A DNA stretch of 64,000 nt from a virus (taxonomy: Duplodnaviria > Caudoviricetes), in IMG/VR virus record IMGVR_UViG_3300033121_001118, positions 40 to 64,039 of that record; one strand, written 5' to 3'. Below are positions 54,723 through 64,000 of the stretch, in pieces (positions within the stretch are counted from its first letter, which is position 1; the number at the start of each line of letters is the position of its first letter). Position numbers and translations under genes: made by a program. Below the pieces are notes generated by a model. That model was given only the letters and a program-made list of their open reading frames with translations, was not told the origin of the DNA and searched no databases.

Positions 54723-55527
54723 GCCCGTTCGAGAGAGTCGAGTGATTATCGAGAGGAACGACGACCCCGGCTACACGAACAGGCTGATGGTCGGGACGGC
54801 CTGTACTGGGCTGCTTCGAGTCGAGTGGTACGCAGCTCGAACGAGCCAGGTGACTCCCTTGAACTGGTCGGCGACCGATCAGCTGCAGATGATTTCGGGC
54901 TACATGCCTCTCAAGTACTTGGTCGACGACGCTCAGAACTTGATCGTAGCCAAGGCGATCGAGCTGGACATGGAGTGGCTCTTCCTTCTCGAACACGACG
55001 TCGTGATCCCGAGAGACACCTTCGTGCAGCTGAATCGCTACTTGAAGGACCCGACGTACCCGATCGTTAGTGGTCTCTACTTCAGCCGAGCCTTCCCGAG
55101 CGAACCGATGGTCTTCCGTGGTTGGGGGAATGGCTGCTTCACGGACTGGAAGCTAGGCGACCTCGTCTTCTGCAGTGGTGTCCCGACAGGCTGTCTCCTG
55201 ATCCATGTCTCCGTCCTCAAGGCGATGTGGGAAGACAGCGAAGAGTACGTCCTCGGGGGCAAGACGATCCGACGGATCTTCAATACGCCGAGATCGAGTT
55301 GGTACAATCATCAAACGAACATGACGAACTTCTCGATCGGGACCAGCGACTTAGAATGGTGCCGACGAGTGATCGACGGGGACTATCTAGCTCGTGCTGG
55401 CTGGGCTCAATCGTGGCCTGACGGGTTCCCGTTCCTCGTAGATACGAGGCTATTTTGTCAGCACATCAACCCTGACGGCACTATGTATCCCGATCCCGAG
55501 TCTCTCAAGGAGTTCTTGAATGCATGA
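54715..55527 (+). CDS. GT-A fold (GT2-like) glycosyltransferase
   Basis: WLFLLEHDVV (DxD-like), IVSGLY, TGCLLIH, DLEWCRR, VDT..CQH. Confidence 0.75.
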   Translation: MTKPVRESRVIIERNDDPGYTNRLMVGTACTGLLRVEWYAARTSQVTPLNWSATDQLQMISGYMPLKYLVDDAQNLIVAKAIELDMEWLFLLEHDVVIPRDTFVQLNRYLKDPTYPIVSGLYFSRAFPSEPMVFRGWGNGCFTDWKLGDLVFCSGVPTGCLLIHVSVLKAMWEDSEEYVLGGKTIRRIFNTPRSSWYNHQTNMTNFSIGTSDLEWCRRVIDGDYLARAGWAQSWPDGFPFLVDTRLFCQHINPDGTMYPDPESLKEFLNA

Positions 55528-56059
55528 CGAAGCTCGACAGGAGATGCGACGTCTCCTGGGCATGTACACCGTGCCCGAAATCCCGACAGTTCTCGATGTC
55601 GGCAGCTACGACGTCAATGGGTCGTATCGATCGGATGTCGAGATTCGGGGGTGGCGATACGTCGGGGTCGATATCCGTCCCGGCCCAAACGTCGATTTCG
55701 TGATGGAAGACAGCGCTGTTCTCCCCTTCGAGGAAGCGTCGTTCGACATCGTGATCAGCGGTTCGACTCTCGAGCACGTCGATCGTCCTTGGCTCCTAGT
55801 GCCCGAGATGGTTCGCGTTCTGAAGCCCGACGGGATGATCGCGATCATCACGCATTGGCAGTATCCGTACCACCCGTACCCTCGAGACACGTTTCGGTAC
55901 CTGCCGGACGGCCTTCAGGTCTTGTTCGACGACACCGGTCGTCTTCGGGACTACGACATCAACTTCGTGAACCAGACCGACGTACGAGCCGTCGGGTGGA
56001 AGACGTCCGGGCCCTACGTCGGTAAGAAGAGACTCGTGAAAGAGCGGTCCAAGGTATAG
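55520..56059 (+). CDS. Class I SAM-dependent methyltransferase
   Basis: VLDVGSYDVNG, GVDIRPGPNVD, FDIVISGSTLEHV, LKPDG, HPYPRD. Confidence 0.85.
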   Translation: MHDEARQEMRRLLGMYTVPEIPTVLDVGSYDVNGSYRSDVEIRGWRYVGVDIRPGPNVDFVMEDSAVLPFEEASFDIVISGSTLEHVDRPWLLVPEMVRVLKPDGMIAIITHWQYPYHPYPRDTFRYLPDGLQVLFDDTGRLRDYDINFVNQTDVRAVGWKTSGPYVGKKRLVKERSKV

Positions 56060-56097
56060 TTGATCTAAGTCAGGTCTATCTACGTGTACAACAAGGC

Positions 56098-56119
56098 CTC
56101 TGCGTGTGGCAACGCAGAG
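56098..56119 (+). other. Intergenic hairpin after MT-GT-MT cassette
   Basis: CTCTGCGT-GTGGCA-ACGCAGAG. Confidence 0.5.
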
Positions 56120-56142
56120 AATAGATTTGAGAAGGGACAGGA

Positions 56143-56553
56143 ATGACTACAAAACGGTACCTCACCAGAGGCGAGATCCTCGCCGCAGACGATCTGAAGG
56201 TCGAAGAAGTCCACGTCCCCGAGTGGGGCGAGGATGTCTGGGTCCGCGTTCGGACGTTGAAGGCGTCCGAACGGGACTACTTTGAATCGACGACGCTCCG
56301 ACAGAACGGCCGGGAGGTCTCGACCAACCTGCAGAACATTCGGTCGCGTCTGTGCTTGCTCTGCATCGTCGACGAGACCGGTGAACGCATCTTCCAGGAG
56401 GAGGACGAGTACCCTCTCGGCGGCAAGTCTGCAGCGGCTCTCAGTCGCATCTTCGACATAGCTCAGCGACTGAACGGCTTCACGAAGAACGACGTGGAGG
56501 AGCTGGCAAAAAACTCGAACGCCGACCAGTCCGACGATTCGCCTTCAAGCTAG
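56143..56553 (+). CDS. Tail assembly chaperone (G-like)
   Basis: VHVPEWG..VRVRTL; precedes tape measure. Confidence 0.85.
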   Translation: MTTKRYLTRGEILAADDLKVEEVHVPEWGEDVWVRVRTLKASERDYFESTTLRQNGREVSTNLQNIRSRLCLLCIVDETGERIFQEEDEYPLGGKSAAALSRIFDIAQRLNGFTKNDVEELAKNSNADQSDDSPSS

Positions 56554-56846
56554 CACTCGCACTAGGTCGGCTAGACGTAGACCAGATGCTCGAGGAGATC
56601 ACGAGTCGAGAGCTCTCCGAGTGGATGGCCTACAACGAGATTGAACCCTTCGGGGAAGATCGAGAGGACTTGAGAATGGGCATCATCGCATCGACGATAG
56701 CGAACGTCAATCGGGCATCCGGCAAGAAGCCGTACAAGCCCCAAGACTTCATGCCTGTCTTCAAGGTCGGGACCGAATCGGAAGCGGAAGCCGGACGTCG
56801 GCTAGCTGAACGGGCCCGTCGAGCGTTGGGAGGTAGGCGACGATGA
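56508..56846 (+). CDS. -1 frameshift extension of tail chaperone (GT-like)
   Basis: Slippery A AAA AAC at 56508-56514; -1 frame reads KKLERRPVRRFAFKLALALG...ELSEWMAY. Confidence 0.85.
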   Translation, partial: KKLERRPVRRFAFKLALALGRLDVDQMLEEITSRELSEWMAYNEIEPFGEDREDLRMGIIASTIANVNRASGKKPYKPQDFMPVFKVGTESEAEAGRRLAERARRALGGRRR

Positions 56847-59800
56847 GTACAGTAGGCACGATCGCCAAGATGAACGTGATGCTCGGGATGGACAACTCGG
56901 GCTTCACGTCAGGAGTAGAGCAGGCGAAAGCCTCGGCCGAGTCTCTTAGTCAGAAGATGAAGGCCGTCGGCACGATGATGTCGGTCGCAGTGACGACCCC
57001 GATCGTAGGGGTTGCCGCTGCGGCGATCAAGTCCGCTGGCGACTTCGAACAGTCGATGAACGTCATGGCCCAAGTCTCGGGAGCTACGGCCGATCAGATG
57101 GCCACGCTTCAGGCACAGGCCCTGAACTTGGGTGCCGTAACGAGCTTCTCGGCAGGCGAGGCAGCCGACGCACAGTTGGAGCTAGCCAAGGCTGGTCTCT
57201 CGGTCAACGACGTCATCGCCGCGACCCCTGGTGTCTTGGACATGGCTGCTGCTGGCGGGCTCGGTCTAGCACAGTCGGCCGAGATCGCAGCGAATGCCTT
57301 GAACTCGTTCAACCTGCCCGCTACAGAGGTCGGGACGGTAGCCAACATGCTCGCAGCTGCTGCTAATGCTTCGAGCGTGGACGTCACAGACCTAGCCGAT
57401 GCGATGAAGATGTCCGGCTCGGTCTTCGCTGCTAACAAGCAACCGATGGACGACATGGTCACGGCCTTGGCGATGTTGGGTAACGCCGGCATCAAGGGGT
57501 CGGACGCTGGTACGGGCTTGAAGACGATGCTCTTGAGCTTGGCTGCCCCGACCAAGGAGGCGTCGGGAGAGCTGTCGAAGATGGGCTTGGAGGTGTACAA
57601 CGCCGACGGCTCGATGAGAGGGTTCCAGGCCATCTTGGCCGATCTCGCAACCTCGACGGCGAAGATGTCCGACTCACAACGAAACGCTGCGTTGAGTACG
57701 ATCTTCGGCTCGGACGCCATTCGCGTGGCTACGATCCTAGCCCGTGACTATGGTGACTCGTGGGACGGGCTTAGTGATGCCCTCGGGGACGGAAGTGCTG
57801 CAGCGAACGTAGCGAATTCGAGGATGAAGGGCGTTGCCGGTGCGATCGAGTACCTCAAGGGCTCGGTCGACTCGTTCTTGATCGGGGCCGCTCTCCCGTA
57901 CTTGAACACGATCGGTGACTGGATTCGACAGGGTGCCGACCTCTTGACGATGATCGGGAGCTTGCCGAAGCCGACTCTCGACATGGCGGTGGCCTTCGCA
58001 GCTGTCTTGGCCGCAGCAGGTCCTCTCATGGTCGCGTTGAGTGGTCTGGGCGCCGTCATCGGCTTTCTTACTGCCCCGATCGGGCTGGTCATCATCGCCG
58101 TCGGAGCCTTAGTTGCCGTCTTCACGACCGACTTCATGGGCATCCGAACGATGGTGGTCGATCTTTCGAAGGCCCTGTGGGATATGTCGGGGATCGACCT
58201 CAATGCCATCACGAGTGCCTTCTCGGCCTTCGGGCAGTACATTCAAGCCGTCCTCGAGGACGGTGACTACCTAAATGACTGGATCACGCATCTGCCCGAT
58301 TCACTCCAGCCGGCAGTCATCGCCCTCGGACAATTCATCTCGATCGTCACGGGATCGGGAACGGTGTGGGAGAAGCTAGCTCAGCTCCGGGACATGTTCG
58401 GGGAGATGATCACGAGCGTCACCCAGATCGACTGGGGTGGCTTGTGGGAGTCCTTCCAGACGTGGGTCGACACGTGGGCGAAGAACGTAGCCGACAGCTT
58501 GTCGACCTTCAACTGGGAGGGGACGGTTGGAGCAGCTACTTCGACCTTCGACTCCCTGAAGGCAGCCGTCGTCGGTGCGGTGTCCAGTATAGACTGGGTC
58601 GGTGCGATCTCGTCAGCCGGTGAGATCTACGCTAACTACGTGGCCTTGGTCGTGGACAAGCTGAAGACGATCGACTGGGTTGGGGCGTTGTCTGCTCTCG
58701 GCGACATCTACGCTGCCTATTGGGGAGCGGTCATCGGCGCTCTCCAGACGATCGATTGGGGCGGGCACTTGACGGCCGCGGGCGACTTCCTGATAGGTCT
58801 CTGGAGTGCTGTCCTAGCGAAGATCCAGACGATCAACTGGGGCGGGATTATCGCCGGAGCAGGCGACTTCCTCGCTTCTCTGAAGACGGGAGTCGTGACA
58901 GCGATCCAGACGATCAACTGGGGAGCTGCCATGCAGACGGGGAAGGATTGGCTCGAGACACTCCGTCAGATGGTCGTCAACAAGATCACGTTGATCGACT
59001 GGGTAGGAGCTTTGACAGCGGTCGGGGACTTCCTCGGTGGGTTGAAGAACAAGGTCGTCGCCGAGATCCAAGCTATCGATTGGGCAGGGGCCCTCGAAGC
59101 TACGACCGATCTCTTCAAGCCCCTCGTCGACACAGTGACGACGAAGATCCAAGGGGTCGATTGGGGTGGCGGTGCTGTCTCTCTCGGGGACATCTTCACG
59201 GGCATGAGGGATACGATGCTCGCTGAGATGACGACCTCGTTGTCGGAGTTCAGCTTCACGGACGCCATCACGAAGTTCAACACCAACCTAACGACGGCTA
59301 TCAACGACGTCGATTGGGCGGTCGTCGGCCAGGCCATTCGGGACTCGTTCGTAGCGTTCATCACGGCACCGGCCTTCCTGGCTCTGTGGACGATCGATAG
59401 CAAGAATTGGTCGAGCTTTGCTACGACGGTCAAGACCTCGATCTCAACTATCGACTGGGGCGAGGTCGGAGCTAGCTTCTACCCGTTGAGAGACGCTATC
59501 GTCAAAGCACTCGGTGAGTTCGCTTCGGGCTTGACAAAGGGCTTCTCGACGCCTGAGTGGCTAGCGGACTTTCTCGCTTGGAAGTGGCCGGACCCGACGA
59601 AGCTGCTCGAGTGGAAGTGGCCCGATCTGACCGACTTGCTCAACTGGGACTGGCCGTCCTTGCCATCTTGGGAGTGGCCCGAGATCGGGATGCCGGATTG
59701 GGTCAACAACCTCTTGAGCTGGAACCCGTTCGGTGGCCCGAAGGCCGAGGGTGGAGCTGTGAAGGCGGGGACGACGTACACGGTGGGGGAGCAAGGCACC

Positions 59801-59986
59801 GAGCTCTTCACTCCGAATCGATCGGGAACGATCATCCCTAGTCACGAGCTGAATCAGTGGATGGCGGATCACGTTCAAGGCGATACCTCGAGCGGGCCGA
59901 TGATCGGAGTGGCCAACGTCTACAATCAGCTCGACGTCCTGGATGTCGCTTGTCAGGTCGCGACCTATCAGAAGAGGTGGAAGTAG
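56843..59986 (+). CDS. Tape measure protein
   Basis: TP901-like core (LAKAG, GIKGSDAGT), periodic IDW repeats. Confidence 0.93.
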   Translation: MSTVGTIAKMNVMLGMDNSGFTSGVEQAKASAESLSQKMKAVGTMMSVAVTTPIVGVAAAAIKSAGDFEQSMNVMAQVSGATADQMATLQAQALNLGAVTSFSAGEAADAQLELAKAGLSVNDVIAATPGVLDMAAAGGLGLAQSAEIAANALNSFNLPATEVGTVANMLAAAANASSVDVTDLADAMKMSGSVFAANKQPMDDMVTALAMLGNAGIKGSDAGTGLKTMLLSLAAPTKEASGELSKMGLEVYNADGSMRGFQAILADLATSTAKMSDSQRNAALSTIFGSDAIRVATILARDYGDSWDGLSDALGDGSAAANVANSRMKGVAGAIEYLKGSVDSFLIGAALPYLNTIGDWIRQGADLLTMIGSLPKPTLDMAVAFAAVLAAAGPLMVALSGLGAVIGFLTAPIGLVIIAVGALVAVFTTDFMGIRTMVVDLSKALWDMSGIDLNAITSAFSAFGQYIQAVLEDGDYLNDWITHLPDSLQPAVIALGQFISIVTGSGTVWEKLAQLRDMFGEMITSVTQIDWGGLWESFQTWVDTWAKNVADSLSTFNWEGTVGAATSTFDSLKAAVVGAVSSIDWVGAISSAGEIYANYVALVVDKLKTIDWVGALSALGDIYAAYWGAVIGALQTIDWGGHLTAAGDFLIGLWSAVLAKIQTINWGGIIAGAGDFLASLKTGVVTAIQTINWGAAMQTGKDWLETLRQMVVNKITLIDWVGALTAVGDFLGGLKNKVVAEIQAIDWAGALEATTDLFKPLVDTVTTKIQGVDWGGGAVSLGDIFTGMRDTMLAEMTTSLSEFSFTDAITKFNTNLTTAINDVDWAVVGQAIRDSFVAFITAPAFLALWTIDSKNWSSFATTVKTSISTIDWGEVGASFYPLRDAIVKALGEFASGLTKGFSTPEWLADFLAWKWPDPTKLLEWKWPDLTDLLNWDWPSLPSWEWPEIGMPDWVNNLLSWNPFGGPKAEGGAVKAGTTYTVGEQGTELFTPNRSGTIIPSHELNQWMADHVQGDTSSGPMIGVANVYNQLDVLDVACQVATYQKRWK

Positions 59987-61309
59987 ATGTATCTCGACAT
60001 CTCCGACGGAACAACAACAACGGTCTTGAGCGGGACGTCGCCTGTCATGGGCTGTACGTTCTTCCCGATCACGTCTCAGTACAAGAACGGCGATTGGCAG
60101 CCCGTTACCGAGAATGCGATCGTGAATCTCCGAGGGACCCACACGGCTATCCGATCGACGATCAACTCGATCGAGACTCTGATCTCGGCTGCTATCCGAC
60201 GACAAGAGACGGGCGTCGGTCCTCGAGTGTTCGTCGATTACAAGCCCGTCGACTCGGACTCGACCTACCGGAGCGAGGTCATCGACGGTCGGGTCAACTG
60301 GTCGAGCGAGCCCGGTCTTCGTCGTCTCGGTGATACGAACCCGACCGTTCAAGTCCAAGTTCTCTGGACGAGACGTCCCGGGTGGGACGGACCGGAAGCG
60401 GAGCTAAGCATCTCGTCCAACGGCCAAGCTGCAGCTACAGGAGGTCGAACAGTCACGAACAACCCGGCAGGAGCCAACTGGGTACAGTGGGCGGCCGCTC
60501 AAGTCGGAGGCGTCCTCCCGACCCCGGTCAGGATCGAGTTGACGAATACCTCGGGCTCCGGCCAAGCCTATCGAAAGCTGGTCGCGAATGTGAACGCCTT
60601 CAGCGACCCCGCGAACCTCGTCTACTATCTCCAGGGCGAGTCGAGAATCTCGGGTGGAACCGTTACGAGTGATGCTACCTGCAGTGGTAGCAGTCGTCTC
60701 GACTTCTCTGCGACATCGTCGATCACGACCTTCCAGTGGACTCTCCCCGCAGCAGACATGCAGCGGACCGACGGTCGACGAGCTCGTCTCGTAGCTCGGA
60801 TGAATTCGATCACAGGTGCTCTGTACGTTCGTCCCAAGATCCTCGATAGCGGTGGTACTCAAGTCTTGTGGCAAGGCGACGAGCTGAGTCTCGGGAACCT
60901 CTCGGACGCTACACTGTGGGATCTCGGGATAGTTCCCCTGCCCCCGGGCGGCTACGGGACGTCGTACGGAGCGGCTCGTCTCGGGCTGGACGTTCGAGGA
61001 GCTTCCACGGCCTCCCTTGACGTCCTCCAGCTGTCGATGATCGACGCTTACAGGTTCTACGAGCTACCCAGCGTCTCGGTAGCGAACAACGCCACGCTCG
61101 TTCTCGATAGCATCGACGAAAGGAACTACGTGTCGACTAGTGGCGCTTGGATGCCCTTGCCTGTGGCTTTCGGCGAGCCGATCCTCGTTCAAGCCAACAC
61201 GCTCCAGCGGATGTACTTCTTGTACGAGATCGCCGCGACTGCTGGAGTACCGATTACGGGGACGTTCAGTGCTCGTCTCTACGCACGACCTCGGAGACTG
61301 ACAGTATGA
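59987..61309 (+). CDS. Distal tail protein
   Basis: Synteny after tape measure. Confidence 0.7.
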   Translation: MYLDISDGTTTTVLSGTSPVMGCTFFPITSQYKNGDWQPVTENAIVNLRGTHTAIRSTINSIETLISAAIRRQETGVGPRVFVDYKPVDSDSTYRSEVIDGRVNWSSEPGLRRLGDTNPTVQVQVLWTRRPGWDGPEAELSISSNGQAAATGGRTVTNNPAGANWVQWAAAQVGGVLPTPVRIELTNTSGSGQAYRKLVANVNAFSDPANLVYYLQGESRISGGTVTSDATCSGSSRLDFSATSSITTFQWTLPAADMQRTDGRRARLVARMNSITGALYVRPKILDSGGTQVLWQGDELSLGNLSDATLWDLGIVPLPPGGYGTSYGAARLGLDVRGASTASLDVLQLSMIDAYRFYELPSVSVANNATLVLDSIDERNYVSTSGAWMPLPVAFGEPILVQANTLQRMYFLYEIAATAGVPITGTFSARLYARPRRLTV

Positions 61310-63309
61310 CGAGCTTCTACATCCAGGTCTATACGCCGACAGGGACGACTTCGAGGGTAGCCGTTCCCATCCCGTCCGTCTTGAAGGTCGAGCCTCGGGG
61401 CTGGTCGGCTGTTGCCGAGGGAGGGATGTGGGATGCCGAAGTCATCTTGACGGGCCCTCTCCCGGAGCTACTAGGCTTGACATCTTGGTTGGGACACCAG
61501 ATCGAGATCTTCAACGATCGGGGGACGATGGTCTGGTGGGGAGACATCGATACAGTCGAGGTCGTCGAGCGGGGACTCCGACGAGGCATCGACCTCTCCC
61601 GGACGTCGAACCGCATCAGCGTTCGATACTCCCAGAAGCAGGCCGGCGGGAACGTCATCTCCGCGGACACGACTTGGCTCGACGACACTCTCAGCCAAGC
61701 CCTCTACGGGGTTCGAGAGAAGCGATTGACGCCCCAAGGGCCGATGAGTTCGAATGAAGCGACTGCATATCGAGCTTCAGAGCTGGCCCGACGAGCTTGG
61801 CCATCGTACACTCTCGGGATCGACTCGTCCTCGTTGATGGTTCGTCTCTATTGTCGAGGGTACTATCAAGAGGCCAAGCGACGGTACTACACCAATCTTG
61901 CAGGCTTGGAAGACCACGTAGTCGTGAGTTCGACCCCGTACCCTCTCGGACTGGGAGTGGTTGCGAATACGTCCATAGCCTTTGCTCGTCGGTGTTCGGC
62001 TATCGCTCAGCTCAACGGCTACTTCAAGAACTTCAGCACGGGCTACAAGTTTCGAGTCACCGGTGCTGGAGCCTCGAACAACCAGACCTATCAAGTCGTG
62101 GGAGCTGACGAGAGGGACGCTGTAACGTATACGTCGACTGGAGTGACGTTCTCCCCCAACGACGACATGGTCGATGCCAATGGCGGTCTCGGCTTCATCG
62201 AGACGAACGACATGTTTCAGATCACAGGGTCGGCCAGCAATAACGGCACTTGGATCATGGACAAGCCCGGAGCTGTAGCGATCGAGATGAACGGGACGTT
62301 CCACGGGTCTCTCGTAGCTTCGGAAAGCCCGGGAGCGACCGTTCAGTACTATCGAGGCAATCAAGTTCGCATCACGCCCGTCCCAGGGGCGAACGAAGTG
62401 GCCGGGAACACGATAACGGCGACCGTCTGGGGACAGCGCTACTACCAGACGTTCACACTCTCGGCCAACACGACCTGGACGGTCGACACAATCGAGATCC
62501 AACTCCAGACGATCGGGGGGCCGACTGATGGTGTGAAGATCGATCTCTACTCGGACTCGAGTGGCTCCCCGGGGTCCCTCTTGAAGACGTCGACAGTGTC
62601 AGCTTCGAGCATCCCCACCGCTCTCGGCTGGGTCTCGTTCGATTTCGACAATGCTCAACAGCTCACGTACGGGACGACCTACGGTCTAGTCATCTCCCGA
62701 ACAGGGGCTAACGATTGGGACGACTACTACATGGTCGGGATGGACCTCTACGGCCAATACTCAGAGGGGAGTTGCAAGGCGTACGACGGGACAGCTTATC
62801 AAGCAATCGGTGCCGACCTTATCTTTCGAGTTGCAGGAGGCGTCGATACTGGGTCCCAGATAGCGTCGATGCTTCAATCTCTTAACGGCTTCGTCAACGT
62901 CCAAACGATCGCATCGGGCGTTGTCTCAAATCAGTATCGTGAAGGAGAGCTGATCGTCTTCGACGAGCTCCAAGTTCTCCTTCGGGCGGGCACCAGTGCG
63001 GGGTCACGAATGATAGCCCGAACGACACGGGACAAGTCGATCTTGATCGCTGTGAAGCCTGACAAGTCAACAGTTCGATGGTCGTTGCAAGGACCGAACG
63101 CGTTGTACGATCTTCACGGGCAGTTGGCCGAGCCCGGTCTCTTGCCTGCAGGCGAGTGGGTGAAGCTCGGAGATGCTTCCGATCTTGGCCCTTGGGCTGC
63201 GTTGTCTCCCGTCTTCGTTGAACGTGCAGAGTTCAGTCCCGGACGAGGTTGGACTCTCACGCCCGAGAACACGGACGACCTTTTCGACACAGGAGCGTCA
63301 CAAGGATGA
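61306..63309 (+). CDS. Tail tip/hub protein
   Basis: WWGDID, DTLSQALYGVREK; ATGA overlap; start corrected. Confidence 0.75.
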   Translation: MTSFYIQVYTPTGTTSRVAVPIPSVLKVEPRGWSAVAEGGMWDAEVILTGPLPELLGLTSWLGHQIEIFNDRGTMVWWGDIDTVEVVERGLRRGIDLSRTSNRISVRYSQKQAGGNVISADTTWLDDTLSQALYGVREKRLTPQGPMSSNEATAYRASELARRAWPSYTLGIDSSSLMVRLYCRGYYQEAKRRYYTNLAGLEDHVVVSSTPYPLGLGVVANTSIAFARRCSAIAQLNGYFKNFSTGYKFRVTGAGASNNQTYQVVGADERDAVTYTSTGVTFSPNDDMVDANGGLGFIETNDMFQITGSASNNGTWIMDKPGAVAIEMNGTFHGSLVASESPGATVQYYRGNQVRITPVPGANEVAGNTITATVWGQRYYQTFTLSANTTWTVDTIEIQLQTIGGPTDGVKIDLYSDSSGSPGSLLKTSTVSASSIPTALGWVSFDFDNAQQLTYGTTYGLVISRTGANDWDDYYMVGMDLYGQYSEGSCKAYDGTAYQAIGADLIFRVAGGVDTGSQIASMLQSLNGFVNVQTIASGVVSNQYREGELIVFDELQVLLRAGTSAGSRMIARTTRDKSILIAVKPDKSTVRWSLQGPNALYDLHGQLAEPGLLPAGEWVKLGDASDLGPWAALSPVFVERAEFSPGRGWTLTPENTDDLFDTGASQG

Positions 63310-64000
63310 CCGACACCATCACATCCCTCGCCCAACAGATTCGTCCCTTCTGGTTGAGGGATCTCGGGGCGTCTTCCCCGTTGCAGAATGGGGGCGGATC
63401 GGGCATGATCGCCCACGCGTTGAACGGGCCCTACCATACGGGGACGCTCGACCAATCTCAAGCTCCGTGGGCTGTCGATACGACGACCTTCACAGCCCAC
63501 ACGGGCAACCCGGATGCTCACCACACGAAGCTCCACGGGATCGTCGATACTGCTCATCACAGTGGCGCTGGTGGGCTTCAGTATCAGATCGTCGGCTTCC
63601 CGACCAATGGTGGGCTCGGGCTACTGACTCCTGCTTCGTCTCCCGGCGCGAATGCCATCGTCAAGACGGACGGGGCTAGCTCGGTCACGCTGGTCGACCT
63701 CACCGTCACGTCGGATCTCTTCATCGTAGGTGTTGCCGACTTCGGGACGAACACGATCTACGAGGACGCTAGCTACCTTCAAGTGACGGGAAGCAAGACA
63801 GTTCGATTCGGACAAGCCGTCGGCACGCCGAACTGGCAGATTGCTCTGAACGGCTCAGCCCAGTTTCACGGGACGGTAGACATCTCGAACGGTGGAGACC
63901 TGACCGTTGCCGGGAGTGGGAGTTACGCAGGGAATCAGGTGCTGTTCGCCGATTCAAGCGGCGGCAACGTCGGCATCATGATGGCGCCCGATTCGCAGTT
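63306..64000 (+). CDS. Tail fibre N-terminal part (continues at position 1)
   Basis: ATG overlaps upstream TGA; open frame MTDTITSLAQQIRPFW...FADSSGGNVGIMMAPDSQ through window end. Confidence 0.85.
   Translation, partial: MTDTITSLAQQIRPFWLRDLGASSPLQNGGGSGMIAHALNGPYHTGTLDQSQAPWAVDTTTFTAHTGNPDAHHTKLHGIVDTAHHSGAGGLQYQIVGFPTNGGLGLLTPASSPGANAIVKTDGASSVTLVDLTVTSDLFIVGVADFGTNTIYEDASYLQVTGSKTVRFGQAVGTPNWQIALNGSAQFHGTVDISNGGDLTVAGSGSYAGNQVLFADSSGGNVGIMMAPDSQ
63948..64000. repeat. Terminal direct repeat (copy 2)
   Basis: Identical to 1-53. Confidence 0.95.

Overview
The window looks like an essentially complete, circularly permuted ~63.95 kb siphovirus-type phage genome. Bases 63948-64000 repeat bases 1-53, and the tail-fibre ORF reads in frame across the join. 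Layout: (i) a rightward late operon from a canonical TTGACC-17-TATAAT promoter at 42822, running TerS, TerL, portal, MuF-toxin fusion, scaffold, major capsid, head-tail genes, tail tube, a methyltransferase-glycosyltransferase-methyltransferase cassette, tail chaperones with a -1 frameshift, tape measure and tail tip/fibre, then wrapping to 7758 where it ends in a membrane-anchored CHAT (caspase-like) protease and a membrane protein; (ii) a leftward arm (7802-39655) with a full FolE/QueD/QueE/QueC/QueF plus TGT-fold DpdA-like 7-deazaguanine (preQ1) DNA-modification cluster wrapped around a UDG-PolA fusion, recombination/replication genes, FtsK, a GIY-YIG nuclease, a DUF2156-type transferase and many small membrane proteins; (iii) a rightward primase-helicase. 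I recognised no integrase, repressor, reverse transcriptase, CRISPR array or endolysin. Best leads: a possibly new preQ1 hypermodification route, a protease-based lysis module with no endolysin, a 16-copy promoter family built from 11-bp phased TAATC repeats, a second iteron-like repeat family, a degenerate tRNA-like RNA, and two compositionally foreign islands. The host is uncertain; a Chloroflexota-like host is only my impression from gene content. All family assignments come from motif recognition by eye, not database searches.
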